Positions 8,601 to 16,054 of a stretch of DNA of 21,929 bases are shown here, piece after piece (positions within the stretch are counted from its first letter, which is position 1; each line of letters opens with the position of its first letter). The notes under the pieces were generated by a model, which did no database searches, was not told where the DNA came from, and saw nothing but the letters and a program-made list of their open reading frames with translations. The position numbers were made by a program, and so were the translations under genes. This stretch comes from Thermoanaerobaculia bacterium (GTDB taxonomy: Bacteria > Acidobacteriota > Thermoanaerobaculia > Multivoradales > UBA5704): contig JBGAGQ010000083.1 in assembly GCA_044226625.1 (NCBI GenBank), positions 1 to 21,929 on the forward strand, read 5' to 3'.

Positions 8601-8723
8601 GAGATCTTCGACGTCCAGGCCCTCCCCGGCCTGCGCTACCCCGAGATCGCCGAACCGGAATCCGACCTCGTCGCGAGCTCCTTCGCGCTGCCGGAAGCAG
8701 CGCTTGCGGAGGTGGCGCGGTAG
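5646..8723 (+). CDS. Three-domain protein: Asp/Asn beta-hydroxylase-like 2OG-Fe(II) oxygenase, PAPS-dependent sulfotransferase and TIGR03032 (DUF4915)-like domain, about 1025 aa
   Basis: Oxygenase: PHTD...THNVVN..RRIHLVAD (HxD...H, R). Sulfotransferase: SAPRSGSSLL, EKTP, YLYRDPRETVSS. C-terminal domain: SLLVSTYQSGRL, VTGDVRIHE, DRCHLNGL, MPHSPRWY, LPGFTRGL. Start probably GTG at 5646 (AAAGGA 10 nt upstream, TACAAT at 5606-5611); the frame is open from 5562. Confidence 0.88.
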   Translation: MKLDTEFVQLPLLFDAARLAAEVAAIPEVDWRPHPQGHPGNSALPLIASGGDPGNDSTKGAMRPTPHLARLPYLRQALATFGTPFGRTRLMRLDGNAEATPHTDTNYYWLRRVRLHLPLVTRPEVEFLCGERSVHMAAGEAWIFDTWKTHNVVNPHPTRRIHLVADTVGSAGFWDLVARGRRPFAPGDAAFSPREVPFDSDSEPALAFESVNQPVVMSPWEQEAHLAFLFQELENAAVSRPGRLAELRALLDRFRFDWGALWALHGENASGWPAYRERLADLDHRLGGLAGELRLSQGADAVEIVRQMVLRPALNPDLAERHPVESRSAPTIPAIPAETPPRSAHRPAPAAADAGPLFDRPIFLVSAPRSGSSLLFETLAQAPGLLSIGGESHAAIEQIEALHPRRHGWDSNRLTAADATLESIARLTESFRARLRDRDGNAPDPGARGLRFVEKTPKNALRVPFLAAAFPDACFVYLYRDPRETVSSQLDAWRSGRFVTYPDLPGWSGPPWSLLLVPGWRDLAELSMAEIAARQWSIATAQLVADLEALPAGSWCVASYDRLVAEPRAEIARLAEFLELPWDREIHAPLPLSRHTLTSPEPEKWRHNAEELRPVLPLLEESAARARDLFAQAPAVRPARPRSRAEAPRPLAPPPAPAAAGIGSQGAPPAAQTAPTDSPEDFRSVFTANLPELFTALRSSLLVSTYQSGRLIAVRAGNGELNTHFRAFPSPMGIAVGKKSLALGTLRHVWSYYNQPEVGRRLSPPDRHDACFLPRQAMVTGDVRIHELAYAGEELWMVATRFSCLATLDGEHSFVPRWRPPFVSALSPDDRCHLNGLCVIDGRPRFATALGATNTPQGWRENKTTGGVLIDVESGDLVARGLAMPHSPRWYADRLWVLESAKGEVGVVDLGSGRVTTIARLPGFTRGLAFLGPYAFVGLSQVRETQVFSDLPLSERVAEKLCGVWVLDIRSGQLVGFLRFEGKVQEIFDVQALPGLRYPEIAEPESDLVASSFALPEAALAEVAR

Positions 8724-8784
8724 GGGCCCTGCCGTCGCCCGCCCGATCTCCGCCGGCAGCTCCCCGTAGCTTCGCTGGATCTTC

Positions 8785-8842
8785 TTCCTCTTGACAATCG
8801 AAAGGAAGAGAGCGTACCTTTCCTTTCGACGATCGAGAGGAA
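8785..8842 (+). promoter_or_regulatory. sigma70-type promoter overlapped by two 23 bp palindromic operators (probable PadR autoregulation)
   Basis: TTGACA at 8791-8796, N18, TACCTT at 8815-8820. Boxes TTCCTCTTGACAATCGAAAGGAA (8785-8807) and TTCCTTTCGACGATCGAGAGGAA (8820-8842). Confidence 0.75.
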
Positions 8843-8851
8843 TCAAGGCCG

Positions 8852-9196
8852 ATGACGAAAGCGAAAGACGGCTCGGATCTGATCCAAGGGACGCTCGACC
8901 TGCTGGTGCTCAAGGCGCTAGCTCTCGAGCCGATGCACGGCTGGGGGATCACCGAACGGATCGAGCAATGGTCGAAGAACGTGCTCACGGTCAACCAGGG
9001 TTCCCTCTATCCGGCGCTCTACCGGCTGGAGCGGCAGGGCTGGATCAGCTCGGAGTGGCAGGTGACGGAAAACAACCGGCGCGCCCGCTTCTATCGCCTG
9101 ACGCCCACCGGCCGCAAGCAATTCGCCGAGGAGAGGAAGAACTGGCGGCGCCTGTCGGAAGCGGTGAACCTGGTCCTGGAAACCACGCGGCCTTAG
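8852..9196 (+). CDS. PadR-family transcriptional regulator (acidobacterial type), 114 aa
   Basis: QGTLDLLVLKAL..MHGWGI...QGSLYPALYRLE..GWI...ENNRRARFYRLT..GRKQ. Confidence 0.95.
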   Translation: MTKAKDGSDLIQGTLDLLVLKALALEPMHGWGITERIEQWSKNVLTVNQGSLYPALYRLERQGWISSEWQVTENNRRARFYRLTPTGRKQFAEERKNWRRLSEAVNLVLETTRP

Positions 9197-9241
9197 AAGA
9201 GCCAACGGCCGTCGTCCACGGCCGATCGAAAGGAGCCGAAG

Positions 9242-11944
9242 ATGGAACGGCTTCGCGAAAGAGCGTCTCGCCTGCTGCGCCTGCTCCGCCGCTCGAAGAT
9301 GGAGCGTGAGATGGAAGAAGAGATGCGCTTCCATCTCGACCGGCAGACCGAGAAGAATGTGCGTGCCGGGATGTCGCCGCGAGAGGCGCGGCGCGACGCG
9401 GTGCTCCGCTTCGGCGGTATCGAGGGTTGGAAAGCCGATTCGCGCGAGGAAGCGCGCCCGCGGCGTCTCGAAGAGCTCGCTCAGGACCTGCGCTACGGTC
9501 TCCGGTCGCTCGCCAAAAGCCCCGGGTTCACCGTGATCGCGGTGCTCACGCTGGCGCTCGGGATCGGCGCCAACACCGCCCTGTGGAGCGTGTTCGACCG
9601 CGTGCTGCTCCGGCCCCTTCCGCTCGCGCACGCCGATCGCCTCATGATGCTCTGGGAGACCGACCGCGACACCGGAACGACGCGGGAGCCCTCTTCGGTC
9701 CCCGATTTCCTCGACTTTCGCGCGGGGGCCCAGCGGTTCGAAAAGCTCGCCGCCTTCGCCGGCGCGGAGGTGAACCTCACACCCCTCCGTGGCGAGCCCA
9801 CGCGCCTCGCGGCGCTCGAGGTGAGCCATGGTTATCTCGAGCTCCTCGGCACGCAACCATTGCTCGGCCGCGCGTTCAGGGAAGAGGACGATCGCCCCGG
9901 CTCGCCCCGCGTGGCGCTCCTCGGCGAGAGCCTCTGGCGACGGCTGTTCTCCCGCGATCCTGCCGTGCTGGGACGCACGGTCCGGCTCGACGACCAGCCG
10001 ACGACGGTGATCGGCGTGGTGCCCGACGCGGCCGGCTTCGGCAGCCTGCAAGTCCTTTCCGCGGCGGACTATTCGCGCTCGTTCGCCGACCGGGGACGCG
10101 ACACGCAGGTCGAGATCTGGCTGCCGCTCCAGCCCGATCCCGAGACCAGCCCGCGCGACACCCATCCGCTGTTCGTGCTCGGCCGGTTGGCACCGGGGGC
10201 GAGCCGGGATGCGGCCCAACGGGAGATGGCCGCGATCGCCGCCGATCTCGAGCGGCAGTATCCGTCCAACAAGGCGCGAGGAGCCTTCGTCGAGCCGTTC
10301 TCCGAGGTGGTCTTCGGCCCCGTGCGCCCGGCGCTATCCGTTCTGCTCGGCGCCGTCGGCCTCGTTCTTCTCGTCGCCTGTGCGAACCTCGCGAACTTAC
10401 TCTTCGCCCGGGGCACGGTCCGCCTGCGCGAGGTCGCCGTGCGCACCGCGCTCGGCGCCGGTCGTGCTCGGCTCGCCCGCCAGTTCCTCGTCGAAGGATC
10501 GCTGCTGTCGGCGGCCGGCGTCGCGCTCGGTCTACTCTTCGCGCGGCTCGGCCTCCGCCTGCTGATCGCTCTGGCGCCCGGCGGGGTTCCGCGGCTCGCC
10601 GAGGCGAGCCTCGACGGACGGGTGTTGGTGCTGACCTTGGGCGTCTCCCTGTTGGTCGCCCTCGCCGTGGGTTGGCTTCCCGCGTTGCAGGCACGCGGTG
10701 CGGACCTCCAATCCACGCTCAAAGGACAGGAGGGCCCGGGCGCGACCGGAGATCTCGGGAGCGGCCGGTGGCGCGCGGTCCTCGTCGTCGGCGAGCTCGC
10801 CTTGGCGGTAACGCTCTTGGCCGGAGCGGGCCTGCTGATGAGGAGTTTCTGGCTCCTGCGCCAGACCGATCCGGGCTTCGATCCGCGCGGAGTGGTGAAG
10901 GCCGAGTTCCAGTTACCGGCGACCCGATATCCAGCGGATTTCGCGCACTGGCCGAACTGGCCGGAGCAGCGGCGGTTCTTCGACCAGATCACAGCGCGAG
11001 CGCTCGCCCTACCGGGCGTCGAATCGGCGGCCGTCGCGGCCAGCCACCCGTTGGACCGCGGCTTCACGAACTCGTTCTACGTCGTCGGTCGCAAAGAGGA
11101 GGCGAGGGACTGGCCGGAGATCTCGATCCGCCAGGTCGATCCCGGCTATTTCGAAACGCTACGCATACCGCTCCTGGGCGGCCGACGCTTCCTGCCGTCG
11201 GACGGTCCGAACGATCCGGCGGTCCTGTTGATCAACGAAGAAGCGGCCCGCCGATTCTTTTCCGGCCGCGAACCGCTCGGGCAGAAGATCGCGTTCTGGG
11301 GTACGGAGCGGACGATCGTGGGCATCGTTCGCGACGAGCGTTTCCACGGCCTCACGGAAGCGGCACCTCCGGCGGCCTACGCCCCGCTCGCCCAGGTTCC
11401 GGCACGCGGTGGAAGCCTCCTGGTTCGCGTCCAGGGCGATCCCGAGACGATCCTCCCCGCCGTACGCGCCGCGATCCGAAAGGTCGACCCGGAGCTCGCC
11501 GTCTTCGGCGCCGAGCGGCTCACCGTCACGCTCGGCGAATCGGTCGCCAAGCAGCGATTCACCCTGCAATTGGTCGCGACGTTCGCGGCCCTGACCCTGC
11601 TGCTCGCGCTGCTCGGGGTCTACGGAGTCCTGAGCTATCGGGTGGCCCAGCGCACAGCGGAAATAGGCATCCGGATGGCGCTCGGCGCCGCCCCCGCCAG
11701 CGTGGTTCGCTTGGTCGTTCGACAGGGAATGCGCCTCGCTCTTCTCGGACTCGCCTTGGGTCTCGTCGGGGCCCTCGCGGTCACCCGCTTCCTCGCGAGC
11801 CTCCTCTACGGCATCGGAACGAACGACCCACCGACCTTCGCCGCGGTGATCGCGCTCGTGTTCGGGACCTCCCTGCTCGCGAGCTGGCTCCCCGCCCGGC
11901 GGGCGACGAAGGGGGGCCCCATGGCCGCGCTCCGAGCTCGGTGA
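9242..11944 (+). CDS. Duplicated MacB/FtsX-type ABC permease (ADOP family), 900 aa
   Basis: EEEMRFHLD prefix; QDLRYGLRSL.KSPGFT...LALGIGANTA; LLVACANLANLL..R..EVAVR.ALGA; second repeat QRTAEIGIRMALGA. Follows PadR; no ATPase gene nearby. Confidence 0.93.
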   Translation: MERLRERASRLLRLLRRSKMEREMEEEMRFHLDRQTEKNVRAGMSPREARRDAVLRFGGIEGWKADSREEARPRRLEELAQDLRYGLRSLAKSPGFTVIAVLTLALGIGANTALWSVFDRVLLRPLPLAHADRLMMLWETDRDTGTTREPSSVPDFLDFRAGAQRFEKLAAFAGAEVNLTPLRGEPTRLAALEVSHGYLELLGTQPLLGRAFREEDDRPGSPRVALLGESLWRRLFSRDPAVLGRTVRLDDQPTTVIGVVPDAAGFGSLQVLSAADYSRSFADRGRDTQVEIWLPLQPDPETSPRDTHPLFVLGRLAPGASRDAAQREMAAIAADLERQYPSNKARGAFVEPFSEVVFGPVRPALSVLLGAVGLVLLVACANLANLLFARGTVRLREVAVRTALGAGRARLARQFLVEGSLLSAAGVALGLLFARLGLRLLIALAPGGVPRLAEASLDGRVLVLTLGVSLLVALAVGWLPALQARGADLQSTLKGQEGPGATGDLGSGRWRAVLVVGELALAVTLLAGAGLLMRSFWLLRQTDPGFDPRGVVKAEFQLPATRYPADFAHWPNWPEQRRFFDQITARALALPGVESAAVAASHPLDRGFTNSFYVVGRKEEARDWPEISIRQVDPGYFETLRIPLLGGRRFLPSDGPNDPAVLLINEEAARRFFSGREPLGQKIAFWGTERTIVGIVRDERFHGLTEAAPPAAYAPLAQVPARGGSLLVRVQGDPETILPAVRAAIRKVDPELAVFGAERLTVTLGESVAKQRFTLQLVATFAALTLLLALLGVYGVLSYRVAQRTAEIGIRMALGAAPASVVRLVVRQGMRLALLGLALGLVGALAVTRFLASLLYGIGTNDPPTFAAVIALVFGTSLLASWLPARRATKGGPMAALRAR

Positions 11945-11977
11945 GGACGATGGGGTGCGCGGTCCCGGCGGGTGACG

Positions 11978-12439
11978 CTACCCCACCGCGCTGAGCACGA
12001 ACGCCTCGATTCGGTCCGCCGGCATCGCCCCCGCGGTGCGGGCGGCCTCGCGGCCGCCGCTCCAGACCGCGAGAGTCGGGATCGACTGGATGTGGGAGCG
12101 GGCGGCGAGATCGGGAACCGCTTCGGTGTCGACCTTGGCGACCAGGAAACGCCCTGCGTTCTTGCGCGCCACTTTCTCGAGCTCGGGCGCCACCATGCGG
12201 CAGGGACCGCACCAGGCGGCCCAGTAGTCGACCAGGACGGGAAGGCGGGACTTCGCGACGAGGGCGTCGAACTGCTGGGCCGAGCCGACCGCGATCGGCT
12301 CGCCGGGAGCGGCGATCTCGTGATGACACTGACCGCAACGCGAGGTCTCGCCGAGATGATCGAAGGCGAGACGGTTCGCCTTACCGCACGAAGGGCACGC
12401 TACGATCAGGCCGCGGTCATCGCTTTGGATTTTGCTCAT
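11978..12439 (-). CDS. trxC: Thioredoxin 2 with N-terminal zinc-binding CxxC pairs, 153 aa
   Basis: CPSC...NR...CGQC followed by VDYWAAWCGPC and IQSIPTL. Confidence 0.93.
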   Translation of the reverse strand: MSKIQSDDRGLIVACPSCGKANRLAFDHLGETSRCGQCHHEIAAPGEPIAVGSAQQFDALVAKSRLPVLVDYWAAWCGPCRMVAPELEKVARKNAGRFLVAKVDTEAVPDLAARSHIQSIPTLAVWSGGREAARTAGAMPADRIEAFVLSAVG

Positions 12440-13589
12440 GAGGATCCTTTCCGGCTGGCGTGGAAGCCTCTTCGCGTAGGGCTTTGAAGAGCAGGTTCGC
12501 GATCGCCTCGGCGGGCGCGTCGGTGTCGAGCGCGACGGCGACGAACGCCCGATCCGGGGGCGAGTAGGCGACGACGGCTTTGGCGCCCGGTGTTCCGCCG
12601 CTGTGACCCAGCCAAAGAACTCCCGGCACGTCGTAGACCATCACGCCCTGGCCGTAGTACGTGCCGCTATCGAACATCGGGTAGAGGCGCGCGAAGCGGC
12701 GCGCGGTCGCCTCGAGGGGCAGCAGCTTTCCCGTCAACAGCGCGTGCCAGAAGCGCAGCATGTCGGAGGCATCGCCGACCACACTTCCCGCGGCGCCCGC
12801 CCAGGAAGGGCTGATCGCCGGCTCGCTCCCGTCCTTCGGGCGCAGCGGTGCGACGTCGGCCAGCGGGTCGCCGGGCGCCACGGCACGCAGGCTCGCGAGG
12901 CCGAGCGGACGAAAGATCCGCTCGTCCAGGATCTGGGGATATGGCTTTTTCTCGACCGCGACCAGGATCTCGCCGAGCATCGTGTACCCGGTGTTCGAAT
13001 AGCGCCATGCCTCGCCGGGACAGAACAGAGGACCGTGTCGCACGGCGATGTCACGGCTCTCCTCCGGGGAGCGGTAGCGGGGGGATTTCCGCGCTTCGGG
13101 ATCTTCGTTGGCGGAGAAGATCCCCGCCGTATGGAGCAGCAGGTCGTCGATCGTGATGAGCGACGCGTTCGGAAAGCGCGGGAACCAGCGCGCGATCGGC
13201 TCGTCGAGCCGAAGCGTTCCCTCTTCCACAAGCTGCAGCACCGCTGTCGCGGTGAACGACTTGCCGACGCTCGCCCAATAGAGCCGCTTGCCGTCGGACA
13301 TGGAGTAGAAACCCCGCTCCCCGCCGACCGCGAGCGTCATCGCCTGCGCCCCGGTGAGCTTACGCGCCTCTGCGGCCGCCGTTTCGAGCTTCGCCCGGGT
13401 CTCCGCCGAGAACTCCCCACCCCATCGAAAATCGGGCCGCGGAAGCTCGACCGTTTTCGCGTACAGAGGTGCTCCGCGATACGCAACGCGCTTCGAGCAG
13501 CGCCTCTCCAACGCCGCGCGCCCCGCGAGCCCGAACGCGTTCACGGCGACCAGGAGAACGATAACTAGGGCGAGGCGGCGTTTCTTCAT
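12417..13589 (-). CDS. Exported beta-lactamase-family serine hydrolase (AmpC/DD-peptidase-like), about 390 aa
   Basis: SxxK (ASVGK), LLLHTAG, YSN, WLGHSGG. Start reassigned to MKKRRLALVIVLLVAV at 13589 (alternative 13598), because the longer ORF overlaps the divergent DinB gene. The 3' end overlaps trxC by 23 nt. Confidence 0.88.
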   Translation of the reverse strand: MKKRRLALVIVLLVAVNAFGLAGRAALERRCSKRVAYRGAPLYAKTVELPRPDFRWGGEFSAETRAKLETAAAEARKLTGAQAMTLAVGGERGFYSMSDGKRLYWASVGKSFTATAVLQLVEEGTLRLDEPIARWFPRFPNASLITIDDLLLHTAGIFSANEDPEARKSPRYRSPEESRDIAVRHGPLFCPGEAWRYSNTGYTMLGEILVAVEKKPYPQILDERIFRPLGLASLRAVAPGDPLADVAPLRPKDGSEPAISPSWAGAAGSVVGDASDMLRFWHALLTGKLLPLEATARRFARLYPMFDSGTYYGQGVMVYDVPGVLWLGHSGGTPGAKAVVAYSPPDRAFVAVALDTDAPAEAIANLLFKALREEASTPAGKDPHEQNPKR

Positions 13590-13596
13590 CGGGGCC

Positions 13597-13637
13597 ATTC
13601 TACGCACCGGGGCGCGCCCGGTCCGGGGTTCTATACT
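13597..13637. promoter_or_regulatory. Back-to-back -10 boxes in a 76 bp divergent spacer
   Basis: Minus strand TAGAAT (13602-13597), 7 nt before ATG 13589. Plus strand TATACT (13632-13637), upstream of AAAGGAG and ATG 13666. Confidence 0.55.
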
Positions 13638-13665
13638 TGGCTTGGAACCGAAAGGAGTGAACCCG

Positions 13666-14172
13666 ATGAAGATGACGGACTTTTTTTCGGCCCAGCTCGA
13701 GCGGGAAGCCGCCATTTCCCGCCGGGCGCTCGAACGGGTGCCCGAGGGGCGTCCGGATTGGAAGCCCCATGAGAAGTCGATGGCTCTGGGATATCTGTCG
13801 ACGCTCGTCGCGACGATGCCGGGATGGATCGCCATGATGATCTTGAGGGACGACCTGGACCTCAATCCGCCTGGCGGGGCCGAGAGGCCGCGGGATTCAG
13901 CTACTAACGCTGATCTCCTCGCGGCGCACGAGGAAGCGGTGGTCAAAGCGCGCGAGGCCCTTGCTCAAACCGACGACGAGCACCTGCTCACGCCCTGGCG
14001 CTTGCTCGTGGCGGGCCAGGTGGTGATGGAACAGCCTCGGCACGTGGCGATCGCCGATACGTTCACCCATCTCGCTCATCACCGCGGACAACTCACCGTC
14101 TACCTCCGCCTGAACGACGTTCCGGTGCCGTCGATCTACGGGCCGACGGCGGACGACCGCAGCTTCGGGTAA
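13666..14172 (+). CDS. DinB-family protein, 168 aa
   Basis: LERVPE...WKPHEKSM.LG, HLAHHRGQLTVYLRLNDVPVPSIYGP. AAAGGAG RBS before ATG 13666. Confidence 0.9.
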   Translation: MKMTDFFSAQLEREAAISRRALERVPEGRPDWKPHEKSMALGYLSTLVATMPGWIAMMILRDDLDLNPPGGAERPRDSATNADLLAAHEEAVVKAREALAQTDDEHLLTPWRLLVAGQVVMEQPRHVAIADTFTHLAHHRGQLTVYLRLNDVPVPSIYGPTADDRSFG

Positions 14173-14199
14173 GCGAAAGGGATCCGAGGACCGCTCGAC

Positions 14200-14697
14200 A
14201 TGGCGAACGACTCCATTGCCCAGCTTCTCGTCTCGATCGACCAGGCGTACGACCGGCAGTCCTGGCACGGCACCAACCTCCGCGGCTCGCTACGGGGGAT
14301 GACGGCCGAGGAGGCCGCCTGGCGGCCGGGCCCGAATCGGCACAACGTCTGGGAGCTCGTGCTCCATTGCGCGTACTGGAAGTACGCCGCTCGCCGCCAG
14401 ATGCTCGGCGAGCCGAAGGGCACGTTCCCCTACCCCGGATCGGACTTCTTTTCGCGGCCGGATCCGGAGTCGTCCGTGCCCCACGAGCAGGCTTGGCTCG
14501 CCGACCTGCAGGTCCTCGCCGCGATGCACAAGAGCTTGCGCGCGGCGATCGCCGGTCTCTCCCCCGAGGATCTCGCAGGCCCCGCCCGTGGCAGAAAGGG
14601 GCGGAAGATGTTCGACATCGCGGTGGGCGCAGCCGCCCACGACCTCTACCACGCGGGGCAGATCCAGTTGCTCAAGAGGCTCCGACAAGAGAGCTGA
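14200..14697 (+). CDS. DinB-family protein (DinB_2-like), 165 aa
   Basis: WHG, AAWRP...HNVWELVLHCAYWK, HDLYHAGQI (His triad). Confidence 0.9.
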   Translation: MANDSIAQLLVSIDQAYDRQSWHGTNLRGSLRGMTAEEAAWRPGPNRHNVWELVLHCAYWKYAARRQMLGEPKGTFPYPGSDFFSRPDPESSVPHEQAWLADLQVLAAMHKSLRAAIAGLSPEDLAGPARGRKGRKMFDIAVGAAAHDLYHAGQIQLLKRLRQES

Positions 14698-14769
14698 CGC
14701 CGCAAAGGGGGCCGAGCCCGATAAGATCCGGCTTCGGCTTCCGAGCCCTCTTCCCAGGAGACCTTCGCA

Positions 14770-15303
14770 ATGTCCAGCCCTGTCACCATCGGCCATCCCG
14801 GCACGGACGAATATGCGCCGTTTTACGCCGGCTACATCGCCCGCGCGACGGAAGACGACCTGCTTGGCGCGCTCGCCGCGCAGGCGGACGTCATCTCGGC
14901 GACGTTCCTCGGGTTGCCGCCTCACAAGGTGGACTACCGCTACGCCGAGGGGAAATGGACGCCGCGCGAAATACTCGGCCACATGGTCGACGGTGAACGG
15001 GTGATGGCGTTTCGCGCGCTCTGGTTCGCCCGTCAAGACCCGGCGCCGCTGCCGGGTTTCGAAGAGAACGATTGGGCGGCTGCCTCGGGTCACGGCGACG
15101 TGCCGATCGAAGAGCTGGTCGAGGAGTTCGTCACGACGCGGCGGAGTCACCTCCAGATGTTCCGGCATTTGCCCGCCGACGCCTGGACGCGCTTCGGCGT
15201 CGCGAACGACAGGCCGGTGAGCGTCCGGGCGCTCGCTCACGTGATGCTGGGCCACGCCCGCCACCATCTGGCGGTCCTCGAAGAACGCTACCTGGCGGCA
15301 TGA
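14770..15303 (+). CDS. DinB-family protein, 177 aa
   Basis: EYAPFYAGYI, YRYAEGKWTPREILGHMVDGERV, LPGFEEN, GHARHH. Confidence 0.9.
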   Translation: MSSPVTIGHPGTDEYAPFYAGYIARATEDDLLGALAAQADVISATFLGLPPHKVDYRYAEGKWTPREILGHMVDGERVMAFRALWFARQDPAPLPGFEENDWAAASGHGDVPIEELVEEFVTTRRSHLQMFRHLPADAWTRFGVANDRPVSVRALAHVMLGHARHHLAVLEERYLAA

Positions 15304-15325
15304 TCGGCCGCCGGGCGAGCCGGCC

Positions 15326-15997
15326 ATGAAACCGACCGAGACCCTCGCCCGAGCCACCGCGCCCGACGGCGCCGAGCTGATCCTCACCCGGCGCGACGGC
15401 GTCTACCGCTTGAGCCTCGATGGCCAGGAGCTGATGGCCTCGCGCCAATTCGAGTCGGAGCGGGAGCTCGCCCGTCTCGCGATCGCGGAGATCGGTGGCC
15501 GGCCGGCGCCGCGCGTGCTCATTGGCGGCCTCGGCTTCGGGTACACCCTGCGCGCCGCGCTCGACCGGCTGCCCGTGCGGGCGTCGGTGGTCGTCGCGGA
15601 GTGGTTCGAGTTTCTGATCGAGATCCATCGCCGGGACGAGGGGGTCGCGGCGCTCGCCAGCCGGCCGCTCGAGGACCCGCGCGTCTCGGTCTTCCGCGGC
15701 GACGTCCGCGATCGGCTCGAAGGCGGTCCCACGTACGACGCGATCCTGCTCGATGTCGACAACGGTCCCTGGGCGTTCACCCTGCGGCAGAACGAGAGGC
15801 TCTACTCGGCCGCGGGCCTCGACCAGATGCGCCGGTGCCTCCTGCCGGGCGGGGTCGTCGCCGTCTGGTCGGCAGAACCTGCGCCCGAATTCGCCCACAG
15901 GATGGAGCGAGCAGGATTCTCGGTGCGGACCGAATCGGTCGCTCCTCGAGTGGGGAAGCGGCGCAGGCATTCGATTTTCCTTGGGCGAAAGACGTAG
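15326..15997 (+). CDS. Spermidine synthase-like class I SAM-binding protein, 223 aa
   Basis: ELMASR..SE..LA, RVLIGGLGFGYTL, VVVAE, YDAILLDVDNGP, GVVAVWSA. Confidence 0.85.
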   Translation: MKPTETLARATAPDGAELILTRRDGVYRLSLDGQELMASRQFESERELARLAIAEIGGRPAPRVLIGGLGFGYTLRAALDRLPVRASVVVAEWFEFLIEIHRRDEGVAALASRPLEDPRVSVFRGDVRDRLEGGPTYDAILLDVDNGPWAFTLRQNERLYSAAGLDQMRRCLLPGGVVAVWSAEPAPEFAHRMERAGFSVRTESVAPRVGKRRRHSIFLGRKT

Positions 15998-16054
15998 CTG
16001 GAGGCGTGAGGGACGTAGACTTCAGCCGAAGGATCGACTTCCGGAGGAAATCCC

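Noticed and set aside
13354-13946. Mutually overlapping long versions of the serine hydrolase and first DinB ORFs
   Set aside because: Starts at 13589 and 13666 remove the overlap and have promoter or RBS support.
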